A stretch of 64,000 nt of DNA from Felis catus (lineage: Eukaryota), in assembly GCF_018350175.1 (NCBI RefSeq), contig NC_058373.1:113958001-114022000 (forward strand), given 5' to 3'. Positions 1-12,563 of the stretch are shown one piece after another. Both the position numbers and the translations under genes were made by a program. How positions within the stretch are numbered: the first letter of the stretch is position 1; each line of letters begins with the position of its first letter. The notes under the pieces are model-generated. The model was not told the DNA's origin. It did not search any database and was given only the letters and a program-made list of their open reading frames with translations.

Positions 1-529
1 AGATAAGCCACTCAATAAATACTGGTTGGATTAAGCTGCATTTCATTTGGTCATACTGACATTTCCTATGCAATAGCTGAATTCCTGCATATATTAGCAT
101 AGTTTTAGAGCTATGGCCCCTCCAAAAACAACTTTTTTGGCTCAATGAAGAGACTTTCAAGTGCCTTCCAACCTGATGATTTTGTGAGTTGTAGAGCCCC
201 TGCTATATGCACTATGTTAATGTTATAGGAAATTCAGAAATGAGCAAGATATGGTCCTTGCCCACAAGATATTTACAGTGTAGTTTGAGAATAGTTCTAA
301 AGGAGAACATTATTAGGTAGAATGTGTGTGGTGCTTTCAGACAAGACGGTGTGCACCAAAGCTTCCAGGATTTAGGAAGAAGAACACATCTCTTTGAGCA
401 GAGGGGAATCTGAAGGGTCCAGGGAGGAAAATATAGGAGATAGCACTTGAGGGATAGAAAGGATTTCAACAGGCAAAGACGAGTAAAGATCAGGAAATGC
501 TAGAACTAAGGCATTAAGTTCAAAATGGG

Positions 530-970
530 CCATGTCCTGCCCGTATCTCCTGTTACTCTCCCCCCTATCTATTCTAGCCTCATAGCCCACACTCTTGTTT
601 CTCACATTCACCAAAGTGTTTCTGCCTCTGCGCTTTTGCATTTGCTATTCCGACTGACTGGAGCACTTGTCCATATCCCCTCCTTGGCCTCCTTTTTCAC
701 TACATTCAGTGTTGCTCAAGGGTCCTCTTAGAGAAGTCTTTCTTCACCTCTCTATCTAAGATGGAGCCCCTAGCCCCATCCCATCCTCTTCTTTCTTCCA
801 AGCCTGCTTTAATTTTCTTCATTGTCCTTATCACTACCTGACTTCATATTATAAATTAACCTATGGGTTTACTGCCTGCCTCCTTTGCTTTCATATAATC
901 GCCTCAAGGGCAGGACTTTGTCTTGATCACTCCTATATTCTATAGTTCCTGGAGAGTACTCAGTAAATCT
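530..970 (+). mobile_element. Ancient LINE-2 3' fragment
   Basis: Pyrimidine-rich L2-like text ending ...gggcaggactttgtcttgatcactcctatattctatagttcctgg...ctcagtaaat, the typical L2 3' terminus; boundaries approximate. Confidence 0.6.
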
Positions 971-1736
971 GGGATCTGTGTTGTAAGAAAATGCAGGATA
1001 TGCTGGGAAGAGGGCAAAGGAGCCTCATTTGCCTGTGGTGGTCATTTGTAATAAATCTAGAAATGGGTTGGGGCCAGACTTTGAATGCCAGACTGAATTT
1101 AGATTTTATGCTAAAATGATCATAACTATGCACTCTCAAGGTTATCTGGATGAGATGTGTAGGATGGTTAGGGATAGGGAGATTGGAAGTAGGGAGACAA
1201 TGAACTCATTGAATATCTAGGGAAGTGGAGCATCCATTGTGTACCAGCAACTATACTTAGTGCTGAGAATACAGAGATGGAAAAATGACATTCTAGATAG
1301 AGGGCATATCATTACCAAAGATATGATGGGAAGAGCATGGTCATGTGAAGAGGTGAAATAATTCCTTATGACTGGGAGTATGGGGGAGGGGGGTGGATGT
1401 AGGAGAAATGCAAGGGATGAGACTTGAGAAGTAGGCAGTGTGGATCGTGGACATCTGGCATGCCACATTAGGGAGTTTATGACTTTTCCCAAAGCCCCCG
1501 TGAGAAGAATGTGAAGATAATCCATTGGCAACACGTCATTTCCTCGATCAACATGATTGATGAGGCTTATTTGAGTGGCTGAGAATGTTTCTCTTTCCTC
1601 CCTTACAGTTCCATGTGCATCCCTTCCAAAGCCACATGCTCAATCAAAGAAGATGGACGATCTTTCCAGATAGAGTAGTGCTGTTCTTTAGTCAAGGATA
1701 TAGAGTGGTTGTGTTTCCATACCAGAACCTCTATTC

Positions 1737-1930
1737 CAGTGGTTCTCAAACTTCAGCATGCATTAGAATCACCAGGGGTGAGGGTGGGGTGGGTATTAAT
1801 GTATACATTGCTGGGCCCCCACTCCCAGGGCTTCATTCAGTCAGGAGAGGGGCCAGATAATTTGCATTTCTAACAGATTCTCAGGCGTTGTTGATACTGC
1901 TGGTCTAGGGACCATACTTTGAGAACAATT
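1737..1930. mobile_element. hAT-Charlie MITE, MER5A-like
   Basis: Terminal inverted repeats cagtggttctcaaa (1737) / tttgagaacaatt (1918-1930); internal atttgcatttctaaca motif; 8-bp TSD ctctattc (1729-1736) / ctttattc (1931-1938), a hAT hallmark. Confidence 0.85.
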
Positions 1931-3208
1931 CTTTATTCAGTGGGTTTCTTATCTGTGTTAGGCACCAAGAATACCAAGATGAATGTGTCTCCATCTGAGC
2001 TCCCAAGGAGACTAGTTAAAGAACTTTGTCTGACTGAGCAGATATCATTATAAGTTTGCTTCTAAAAACAGGTGTGTGTACCTCTGTCAATCCCATCAGT
2101 CACATCCATTCTCAGAATCTTCTCCTTCTTCTTTATCAACTCATTGCTATTACTTACCTATTGCTAGTCTGTGCTTTTGAGCCAATACATTGTTTAAAAA
2201 AAAACAACAACAACATTTAAAAACATTTTTTTCCAGTCTCAAATAACCATCTGATTCCTCTTAAATTTTTTTTATATCTACAGTCAACCCTAGAGTTTCT
2301 CTTCAGGGATGCGATAGATCTCTTCTATTTATCTGGAATCTACTACCTATTCTAAATAATTATAATCCAATGAGGCGTGAGGCCTAAGCTTACTTATATT
2401 TAAGTCACCTCCTATTCAGGGACATGTGACCAGCACTTAGCACAAGCTATAGCCCATGGTCAGCCATCATTTACCACTGCTTAAGACAAGATAAACCAGA
2501 GAAGCCAAGATGGCAGCTGGATAACTGAAATATGTGTACTGGAGAATTCTGTAAGTTCAGTCCTTTCCACAATTTATGATATGCTGGAACAAAATTACTC
2601 CCTACCTTCAGGAGACGGTCTGAGTTTGATGGGTTAAATGCAGATGTGTGCATGTGTGTATGTGTGCATGTGCTAGGGAGGGGATTCTGTGTTTCAATGG
2701 AAGACAGTGAGGTCTTTCTAGATTGTGATGTTGATTTTCTTAACCATGTTTCTAAACTAATAGACCCACACAAACATCTAAGAGAATCTAAGTTTTTTTT
2801 GGAAGTATTACTTTCAGCCATAGAGGATGGATGATAGCCCAGCGGGCTAGGGATTAAGGGGACAAATTTCGTTTTGTTTTTAAATACAATATATAGATGA
2901 ATGAGGCTAGAAGCAAAATAACTTAAGTGCTTCTAAGTGACAAAAGAACATGCCCCCCCGAGATAGAATAAATAATTGAAATATTTAAAAGTAGAGCCCA
3001 GGAAACAAACCTCAGTGAATAAGTGGTTGATGGAGCTTAAGGGGTAGATCCAAGGCCCAACCAGAAAGACCCACCTTGACCTTTCAGGGATCAAACTGCA
3101 ACCAAGGAAAATAGCTTGTACTTTCACAAGATGATACAAAACTCAGGTAATCAGAAAAAAGAAAAAGAAAAAAATCTTGTCTTGTGGTCATTAGAAGGTA
3201 AACTCTTT

Positions 3209-3421
3209 GGGGCCCTTGGGTGGCTCAGTCAGTTAAGCATTGGACTTCGGCTCAGGTCATGATCTCGCAGTTTGTGAGTTTGAGCCCCGCATCAAGCTCT
3301 GTGCTGACAGCTCAGAGCCTGGAGCCTACTTCAGATTCTGTGTCTCCTCCTCTCTCTGCCCCTCCCATGCTCATGCTCTGTCTCTCTCTGTCTCTCAATA
3401 ATAAATGTTAAAAAATCTTTT
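3209..3421 (+). mobile_element. Can-SINE (SINEC_Fc type)
   Basis: ggggc..tgggtggctcagtcagttaagc head, ctcaggtcatgatctc, CT tract, aataaa/A tail; TSD ttagaaggtaaactc 3191-3205 / 3422-3436. Confidence 0.95.
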
Positions 3422-3543
3422 TTAGAAGGTAAACTCCTTGAAGGTGGGAATCTTTGTCTCTTTTGTTCGCTACTGGATCATCACAGCCTACGATAGTGCC
3501 TGGTAATAGTAGTTCCTCAATAAATATTTGATGAATCAATGAG
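3422..3543 (+). mobile_element. LINE-2 3' terminus, interrupted by the preceding SINE
   Basis: tagaaggtaaactccttgaaggtgggaatctttgtc...gtgcctgg...ctcaataaatatttgatgaatcaatga. Confidence 0.75.
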
Positions 3544-3854
3544 GCACCTACGGCTGCAAAGTAGGGGCAATCAAAGAATTAGCTGAAGCTTTAGATGTGT
3601 ACTTACCTTAAAGAAGCATGAAACTGCTATTGTGATTTTTCTCACTGGACATAACATATATGATTTAAAATTCCTCTAAAGTGTGCTCAACTTTATGTAC
3701 CTGCACCGAATATGTGTGATAAATAACATTAGGTAATGCAGGGAAAGTGTCAGAAGGGAAAGAATGGGAGCTTAATAACTCTGTTTTTGAAGGGGAACTC
3801 TCCCACATTGACATCAGAGTGGTGACGGAAGTAGTTTAGTCTGATATACAAAAA

Positions 3855-4450
3855 GGATGTTTATTAGGGACCTACTATCTACTAGGTCCTGTGCTAGGCA
3901 GATGCTAAGGGCTAAAAAGCTCTTTACAGAGACAAAAGCTCTTTACAAAGCTCATAGTCAGGAGGGGGAAAGTGTAATGGATGAGTAAGTGAAGTGTGCT
4001 GTGATGGCTGTAGGTGTAGGATATCACTGTGGAAAGCATGCATGAGTCCTGGTTTGGGGATGGAAGCTCTCTAGGAGAGTTTTCCAGTGAGGAGACACTT
4101 GAGCTGGATCTTGAAGGATCAGTAGCAGTTCCCAAGAGGAGAAAGAGGTTGGGAAGGGGGCTCCTGGCCTAGAGAAAAGCCCATGTAATGGACTAGAGGC
4201 AGGTGCCATAGGGGACCTATGGGAGGGGTGCTGTGGCTGGCACAGAAGAGAGTGGCTTGAGGTCTGTCTGTCGAGATTGGCAGTGGCCAGGTTGTGAAAA
4301 GTGTTACCCATCACACTAGTCACTTTGAATTCTTTCCTGAGGGTGATGGGGAGCCATTGAAACAAGGAAGAGGCAGGATTATTTTGTGGTTCAAAGAGAT
4401 TCTCAGGGAGCAATGTACAGGTTACAGGGAATGGGGATGAAACTAGAGAG
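3855..4450 (-). mobile_element. LINE-2 fragment
   Basis: tttattagggacctactatctactaggtcctgtgctagg start; gagctggatcttgaaggat and gatggggagccattgaa motifs of antisense L2. Confidence 0.65.
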
Positions 4451-4754
4451 CTTGGATTTTGATCTCTTTGAGGGGAATCACTTTTGGGTGGGAATGGAAA
4501 CTGTAATAAGCTTTCAGCGTTCTAAAGTCTGGGTGGCCAGATCTGGTTTTGATTTCTCACCTCATCAACCTGGGAGAGATTTCTTTGGTGCATCAGGCTT
4601 CTGAGTAGCATCAGGTGAGTCTTCCATTTATCAAGGCATTTTATAATTAGAAATGGCTTATCTGTAATTCTTTGTTAGGTGGTGAGAGAAAATAGTAAAT
4701 TATTTAAATGGCACTGTGGGAATTAATCAATGTTTTGTGCTCTTTTTGCTAGTG

Positions 4755-4960
4755 ATAATAATATTGAGTGTTTAATATGTACCAAACTAAGCATGAAAAA
4801 TCTCAGCTGATTTGTGGGGTTCCATTATTGCCTCCATTTTAGCAACAAAGACACTGAAGCTTGGAGCATTTACATAAGCTGCTGATGGTTAGCTAACTAG
4901 TGATTAGCATGGATTCAAACCCAAGAGTCTGGCTCCAGAGTCTGTTCTCTTGACCAGTAT
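4755..4960 (-). mobile_element. MIR SINE
   Basis: ccattttagcaacaaagacactgaagctt core and ggattcaaacccaagagtctggctccagagtc. Confidence 0.75.
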
Positions 4961-5140
4961 ATTATACTCAGTTCTACAAGATGCTAATACAACTACCCTG
5001 CTGAGTGTATGATCATGTATTTCTGCCTGCCATTGCCAGAGTTGAGTGTCCCATGCTAAGTGATATGATAATTGTGGCCACTTCTTTGTAGGCACCTTGA
5101 AATCTGTTTACAGACAGACCTTAGAGCAGAGGTGTTTTTA

Positions 5141-5260
5141 ACAGTAGATAAGGCACTGCATTTCGAATTAGGAGACCTGTGTTCAGCAACCAGCTCTGCC
5201 ACAAACCACCTGTGTTATTTTGAGCAAGTCACTTAACTTCTCTGGGCCTCTGTTCCCTCG
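5141..5260 (+). mobile_element. MIR SINE fragment
   Basis: ggagacctgtgttcagc..ctctgccac..tgagcaagtcacttaacttctctgggcctctgtt core. Confidence 0.75.
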
Positions 5261-5379
5261 GCCACATATTGCATTAGGTGATGCCTTTGTGAAGTTTCCT
5301 TCTTTGAGGGGCAAATTGATACTTCTTTTTCAAGTTTCAGACAAACTTCTCTGTTTCTCCTTTAAAGATGAACAAAGCA

Positions 5380-5526
5380 GAATGGACTGAGGGTTGATGG
5401 GGGCTGGGGGAGAGGGGAAAGTGGGTGATGGGCATTGAGGAGGGCATTTGTTGGGATGAGCACTGGGTGTAGTATGGAAACCAATTTGACAATAAATTAT
5501 ATTAAAAAAAATTTTTTTTTTAAAAA
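5380..5526 (+). mobile_element. 5'-truncated young felid LINE-1 (L1_Fc-type) 3' end
   Basis: actgagggttgatggggg...gggtgatgggcattgaggagggc...gggatgagcactgggtgtagtatggaaaccaatttgacaataaa plus A-rich tail; perfect 17-bp TSD taaagatgaacaaagca 5363-5379 / 5527-5543. Confidence 0.9.
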
Positions 5527-5625
5527 TAAAGATGAACAAAGCAAACCCCAGGCTGGACCAAACCCTCTATGAGCATTTTAGCACATCTCTTTGTCACTAT
5601 CACTATTATATTGGTTATGTAGAAC

Positions 5626-5829
5626 AGCAATCTTCACATTTTTTTTGAATCCACAACTCATGGTTTTTAGGCACACGACCCCAAAATATGTAAAATTGCT
5701 ATCTCTAAAATGTAGAACTACTATACTATTATATAAAACACACCAGAAATAGAGGTTTTAAAAAATGAAATAGATTCAAACATTTTCTTCCCACATCGCA
5801 ATGAGTCATGATCTATATGCCTGCCACTG
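5626..5829. mobile_element. Degraded hAT-Charlie MITE (MER112-like)
   Basis: cag...ccactg ends with an AT-rich interior (ataaaacacaccagaaatag, attttcttcccacatcgcaatg) resembling the remembered consensus. Confidence 0.4.
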
Positions 5830-7889
5830 ATGTCATGGGGACAGTTCAAATGTATCCCCTCCTTTTCATTGCAAAGCTCCTTACTTTCCCCAAAAGAATG
5901 AGAATCAACCTAAAACTTGAGCATTGGCTCCATTCTTTCAGTTGTTCATTCATTCACATATGAAGCATCTATAATATAAAAACTTGCTAGGTGTTCAGGG
6001 GATAACAAGAATAAGATCAGGGTTGGCCTCTACCCTCTAGAACATAAAGGTTAATTCTAATTTTTGTCAACCTTATCTTGGAATCCTAGAATTCCTTCAT
6101 ACAGTAATGGAGCCAAACCTTACATCTAAACAGGTTGTATGTATTGTGCTACAATGGCTAGGACAGGAAAAGATAGGAAAGCCCAGAAAAGAGGTCCACA
6201 CACAGTGAAAATCACACTGAGCATAGCACTTGGTGAGGTACCAGGATGTGAGAGGCAGATTGTAGATGTGTGGGGCACTCATGGAGAGGAGAGACCATCA
6301 GGACCTTTGGGTGTCTTGGGCCACCATCTTAGGGTATTAGGACACGATGAAGATGGACTCCCTGACCATTCTGTCCTGAGTCACAGGTATGCAGGGCCCT
6401 ATATCAGCCAACAGACAGCCTCCATCACTCATAAAACTACAGGCTGTAAATCAGCCCCATGTTTCACTGAGAACTGGCCCGGATGGCCAAGGTAGCTCTG
6501 TGCAGCTTAGCACCTGTGGTGGGTGACTGTTTTTTTTGGCCAGCTGTTTCATGAGCACCACATCAGATAAACTGCACTTGGTTCCTATGCTCACTCCAGA
6601 CACAAACAATTAAGCACATCCTGCTGGAATAGTCATGTTAGGGAACCTGGCTTTCCTGTGCTGATCATCTGGTTTTCCTGTCCCTCAGGGTCAGAGTTTG
6701 GAGATGCTGTTGAGGCAACCTTGAGAAAGCTGTTAACCCTTAAAGGGGGTTTAGCTGTTCATCAGCAAATATATTCAAAAACGGTTTGCAGCCAAAGCCT
6801 TACCATGTATGGCAGTTTTCAATAATTATCAAAATCATGATTTCATTAATTTTGTCCTCTATTCAGGGCTGGCTTAGAGAAGTAGGAGATTGCAATTAAT
6901 GGATCCTTTTCTGGTTTTGTAACCAAGTTGCATTCTCAAGTTGAGGGAACCACCTTGTGCTTCTTAGTTAGTTTATTCATCTGTGTATGGGGGTAAAGTT
7001 ACCCATGCCGCCAGTGAAATTTCACAAATGAAACCTCATGTAGTTGGGTTCCCAAGTTCATGAGAAATCCCTTTTCTTCACGAGAATGCACAGATCAGCC
7101 GAGACTAGCATGACTAATTCTAGAACGAGTCCAAGCCGAACAGCTCTCTGGAGGAGTCCTCTGCAATTAGTATGCATGACCCGCTAAGGCCTTTGCCCAA
7201 CTAGCATTGGGAACCACGACGGGCATGGCACAGTGTCATCTTGATATTCTGCCCTACTGATAAACATTCCTGCAGTTCTAAGTGTATATGCAATTGGTGA
7301 TGAGCAGGTGTTTGGGAAATCTTTGAAAACATGTAAGTTAGTAACGCTATCTCTTTGGAAAGACATACATCCTTAGAGGTGAAGTTCCAGGGGAAGGGCC
7401 TGGTGGAGAAAGAGTGGGAGTATATGTTGATCACTGGAGGACAGCTTACAGTATGCCAGGCAATGGATTGCGCCATCAGGAAAGGAATCTAGAAAGGTGA
7501 GGAGACTCGTGAGAAAGAAAGTGACTTCTGCTGACAGATCACTGTTGTTCAGACTCCATGAGGATGAGAAAGGAAAGCCAGAAACCTACATGACAACTTC
7601 TTTGGGGTTGGAAAAAAATATTGATTTTTTTTTTCTAGCTGGAATTTGACAGGGTCAGTTCACGTCTGGGTTTTCAGCACTTAATACAGGGCCCTTTTGT
7701 CTTGGGAGGCGGCTGGACTGGTTTTTCCTCCAGGCAGGTGCACAGAGGGCGTTTATTGTAGCCTGAAACACAAACACCAAGCCCCTAGGCCCTGATCCAC
7801 ACACTCTCCAGTGTGGCTCAAGGAAATAAAGTGAACAATGTCTCTTGCAACAGGCTAGCACTGTAAATACCACTCCTGAATGAAATATT

Positions 7890-8320
7890 TCTTAAAACTT
7901 TGTATCCGTAACTCGATCATCTCTTAAAACTTAATTATATGTCGGGGAAAAGGAAGCTATTGGCTCCTCCAGCTGTCCAGGTTGAACAAGAGCGCACAAT
8001 GGAGCATATCCGATTCGCGGCCTTGCTTAGGTAATCAGATTAATATCTCCTGAATTGAATTTACCCTTTTGATATGGAGTCTTTCAGCTGCCTTGTTTCA
8101 CATCTCAAATTCTGACAAAGCTGTGCGGCCTTTGAGTAATTTCCCTGAAATCTATATGCGGGAAGCCTGTTCTCTTTCGAGCACTTTTTGGGACTTGTAC
8201 CAATTAAATCTGTTTCTGGCACACTTTTAATGGCATACTTTCCCCTGAGTCAACAACTGCTCCAAAATCTGAGGTCATTTGTTTAATTTAAAAGCAAAGG
8301 TTATGAAACAACCATTTCAG
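7890..8320. promoter_or_regulatory. Candidate developmental enhancer / conserved non-coding element
   Basis: Repeat-free, 10 CpGs in 7907-8179, paired-homeodomain palindrome TAATCAGATTA 8032-8042, SOX-like ACAATGG, further TAAT cores; function inferred only. Confidence 0.4.
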
Positions 8321-10717
8321 GCTTCACCAGCCAAGCCCCTGTGGCTTTGAAAGGGGTGATGAGACAGGGGAAAGGCTAATAAACTGGATTTCTTACACAC
8401 AAAATAAATTAATTACCGTGTTTCTGTTAAATCAGTATCAAACCAGGTTTGTCCACACCCTCTCTGCCAACCTGGCTGTCCCTTTCTCTTCAAACACACC
8501 CCCTTCTTCTGGGACTTTCATCCTCACGATTGAAGTTCACCCTCTTGCTGTTGTTCTTGCAAAACAAACATCTGGAGTGGATTTTTGTCAGCTGGAGTTG
8601 AGAGAGAACTGTAAATGATGCGGTGATTTTTTTTTCATCCCTATTAAATTTATTTATAGCCAGTCTGAGGCCAGGAAACATGTTTTTAAATGGCTAGAGC
8701 CCTTGATTGGAAGTTCTCAAGGAACACACAGTGGATGGCATTTTCCCCCTTGCCATTTTCTGAATAATACAAGGATAAAATTACATAATTCCCCATTTGG
8801 GTGGTTGGTTTTTTGGGGTGTTTTTGTTTTTGTTTTTGTTTTTCCTGAAGAACCCTTCATTAGGACATTTTTTTATGTCAGAATTCTTCCATTGTATTAG
8901 CTTATCCAATATGCCTTTCTTTCCATCAGTGAGAGAAAAGGGAATGTAACTTGCGGGATATTTTTGAATAATTACAGTGATAGAGAGTGAGTTGCTGGTC
9001 ATGTGAGACATGAACCAATGGCGTGGGTCTTTTCTTTTGCCAAAAGAATACAACTTGGATCCAATTCCCACCTTTTCTACTTCACAACCTCTAAAATCTT
9101 AAAGCTGCAAATCTTAAAGAATCCCATTCATTTTCTCGTTATTTAAGATAATAAAAGTTTCCACAAGGGGCTTAGGAAAATAATTTATAAAATACTTTGC
9201 TAGACCCTTAGACCTTATTAAATCACAATGCCTTGGGGTTTATATAATTATTTAAGAAACAAAAACATTCTAGAGGAGGCTGAGTCCTCCTCTAGATGAT
9301 GATTTTTTTTTTTTTTGAGATCCCTTCCACTTCTATGATTTGAGATGATTCTTTGATTTTCTTTCACTGTCATTAAAGAAGAAGAAGAAGAAGACTGTTT
9401 GGGAATGAGGTTTGTTACCCACAGGCATTTTCTTGTCCAGAGAAGAGGCTGTTCTGCTTCCTGCCACCCAAGCCAGTCATTCCTCAGCCTGAACAATAGG
9501 GTTTAATGTTCTCCATCTTGCTAAGCATTAGTCTCTGTTGTTATGAAAGTGAATTGAAACCAAATGCACTTTCTATTGGAAAAGCTGCTATTGATCTCAG
9601 CTCATAGACAATCCTGAGAGGGTGCTTATAAAACAGAGGGAAAAATCCTTGCTGTTGTATCATAACCCCAGTTATCTCCCTCCCAGGCCTCTGAACATAT
9701 CTCTGATGCTGCATCGTTCGATTTTATTTCGTTCCTGCCACTTGAAGATTGGTGTTCCGTATTTAGTTCTTGGAAGTGTTCACAGATTCTTCAGAGAATT
9801 ATCTTGCTAATGGACTGGGAAAGCTATTCTTACAGCAAGACCCTTCATTAACTAAGAGGACATAAAAGATAGCTCGTGTTCTCCACCAAGAAAGACAGCT
9901 CTGTTTCATCTGTCTGATGGGGAGCGTTTGAGACAGAGCAGCCTCATCACATGTGGGTTTCTGCTGCCCACTTTCCAGTTATTAAAGTAGAAGCCGACTC
10001 AGTGGCACTGGCCTGGCAGAGAAATGAGCACAGTGAGGTCATCACTCATCACCGGCTTCATGATGCAGAGGGCCATGCATTAGAAAATAGCAGGCCCAAG
10101 GGGAAAGAGCCATTGTTTTTTAGTCAGGAGAAAGGAGAATCACAGAGAGGTAGAAAGAGGTAAAAGGCAAAGACCAAGCAAGCCAGACACTAAACAACAC
10201 TGCATCTTCCAGGAGCCAAATAGTGCCTGCTAGATTTAGCTTTCATTGTATTTGGAGATGAAAATCAGAGGGTAGAGGAAGGTACCTGGAGAATAGCACT
10301 GCAGGGCACTCCATGCTAGGGGCGTGGATTTCTATGTCTGCACTTAGAATCTTCCACAATATTTTCCTAACTTAATAATAAAGATTGTAATGACTTTTAT
10401 TAAATCTCCCTAAAGAATGCAATGTAAAATGTTGCAACTTGTGGTAGAGTCAGGATCCCTGCCCAAGTTTTTGTGAGGGAACTGACACAGAGCCTCTGGT
10501 GTTGGGCACTAAACAGTTGCTCTAACCAAAGAAAGGAATAATCATGGGAAATGGTTATTCTAGATGTGATGCTCAGGGAAATTGAATAGAATGTGATGAC
10601 ATTATATAAGGAATATTCTTAGACATGCCAGGATATTGTATGAAATCAACTGGACTGGCTATCATGGGAAACATAATTGGATTAATATGATCTTTTTTGG
10701 TAAGGTGTTATTTTATT

Positions 10718-10780
10718 TCTTTTATTTATTTGTTTGTTTGTTTGTTTTGAGAGAGAGAGAAAGAGCACGAGCCGGAGAGG

Positions 10781-10826
<46 letters not shown>

Positions 10827-10941
10827 ATCCCAAGCAGGCTCTGTGCTGTCAATGCAGAGGCTGACACGGGGCTTGATCCCATGAACCATGACCCGAAACC
10901 AAGAGTCAGACACTCAGCCGACTGAGCCACCCAGGTGCTCC
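10718..10941 (-). mobile_element. Can-SINE
   Basis: Antisense head gactgagccacccaggtgctcc, (GA)n tract; TSD gt(a/c)aggtgttattttatt 10700-10717 / 10943-10960. Confidence 0.95.
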
Positions 10942-12084
10942 TGTCAGGTGTTATTTTATTCTGCTATATTTTGTGTTAGTTTGACACCATTGTCAGGCAT
11001 GGACATCTTTCATTTATATTCCTGTTTTCTAGAATTCAAGGCTTTAAAACTTAATTAGTTTTGAATCAGCTGGTTGCCTCACAGAGGCGCTGGGGAGATT
11101 TGTGAACCTCATGAGGTTGCCCACATCTGTCCTGTGTAAATGTCTTCTTCCTCTGGCATCTTCAGTTGGGCACAAGGAAGATCAGACATCCTGATCACTC
11201 TAGGATGGAAAGGATTACATCATAACATTGTGGGCTGTTTTCCCCTCAGGCATCCAAAAATGATTTCCTCTTATCACCTGATGAATTTTTACATGTTTTA
11301 CATTTTCATCCTCTGTGCTTGTGCTTTTTATGAAGTCACAAAGCCTGTAAATTACATAAAACATCAGAACACAACATATTGGACAACTCCACGCTATTGT
11401 CAGAACTATTACAGGTCTGAGTGCTTGAGGTAAGCCCAGTCGGGCTGAATGTGAGGGGGAAGAGGGCAGTCTTTTAAATGAGTAAGTAGCTGATGGCTTT
11501 CCTCTCTAAGGAAAGCTACTTTGGCTAGAACAAAAGAAACTGTAAAGTGGTAAGCAGCCTTGCTTCTGTGAACCAGGTTCAGCCTTTTCTTTTGCTTTTT
11601 CCCATCTAACACCTTTGTGAGCCATTTCACTTTCCTCTCACAGACTTTTCCAAGACATTGCAGTCATGGTGCAGCCTCTTCTGTGGAGAAAGTTTGGGCC
11701 ATGTTGTTCCCCCGGCTGGGAGCTCCTGTCTATCATCACTGTATTGGAGATGTACCCCACTAGTGGTACATTTCTTCCAGTCCCTTGTGCCTCCTCATCT
11801 CCCATTTGTCCAGCCCTGTACACCTCATCTTGGTATGCATGACACTCATTCCCTCCAGAAGGTTTCTGTGTGTGGAGGAACGCAGCGGGGAGTGTGGTGA
11901 CATGTCCACTTTGTTAACTGCAGCCCAAGACATAATCTAGTAGAAAAGGAAAGACATGACAAGGTCAACAAAACCAATTTTAACAGACTACCCCTAGGAA
12001 GCTTTGTCTGAAGAGGAAATAATTACCAAAAAAATGAGACTTAAGTAGGACATTTGGGAAGCAGACAATGACTGTTTAATTTAA

Positions 12085-12323
12085 TTAATTATTATTTTTT
12101 TCATTTTTAAAATGTTTGTTTATTTTTGAGAGAGAGAGAGAGAGACAGACAGAGCATGAGCAGGGGAGGGGCAGAGAGAGAGAGGGAGACACAGAATCTG
12201 AAGCAGACTCCAGGCTTCGAGCTGTCAGCACAGAGCCCAATGCGGGGCTCGAACTCATGGACCACGAGATCATGACCTGAGTTGAAGTTGGATGCCCAAC
12301 TGACTGAGCCACCCAGGTGCCCC
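12085..12323 (-). mobile_element. Can-SINE (SINEC_Fc type), sitting in the tail of the adjacent SINE
   Basis: Full antisense body from gagacacagaatctgaagcag to ctgagccacccaggtgcccc. Confidence 0.95.
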
Positions 12324-12563
12324 TATTTATTTGTTTGTTTGTTTGTTTATTTATTTATAAAGTTTATTTATTTTGAGAGAGAAAGAGCAAGAGAGCATGA
12401 GTGAGGGAGGGGCAGAAAGAGAGGGAAAGAGAGAATCCCAAGCAAGCTTTGTGCTATCAGTGCGGAAGCCCTACAAGAGGCTCAGTCTCATGAACTGTGA
12501 GATCGTGACCTGAGCCGAAATCAAGAGTCAGATGCTCAACCGACTGAGCCACCCAGGCGCCCC
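12324..12563 (-). mobile_element. Can-SINE (gagaatcccaagca variant)
   Basis: Antisense body ending ccgactgagccacccaggcgcccc; TSD aatgactgttt 12067-12077 / 12564-12574 encloses both SINEs. Confidence 0.95.

Noticed and set aside
1586..1670. Isolated strong splice acceptors (1608, 6688, 16116, 36735, ~62002) and donors (2158 minus, 3608 minus, 11430)
   Set aside because: No convincing acceptor-donor pairing with an open, recognisable reading frame; such sites are common by chance
3209..3300. tRNA-like A/B box sequences (also at the other SINE heads)
   Set aside because: These are the tRNA-derived heads of Can-SINEs, not tRNA genes
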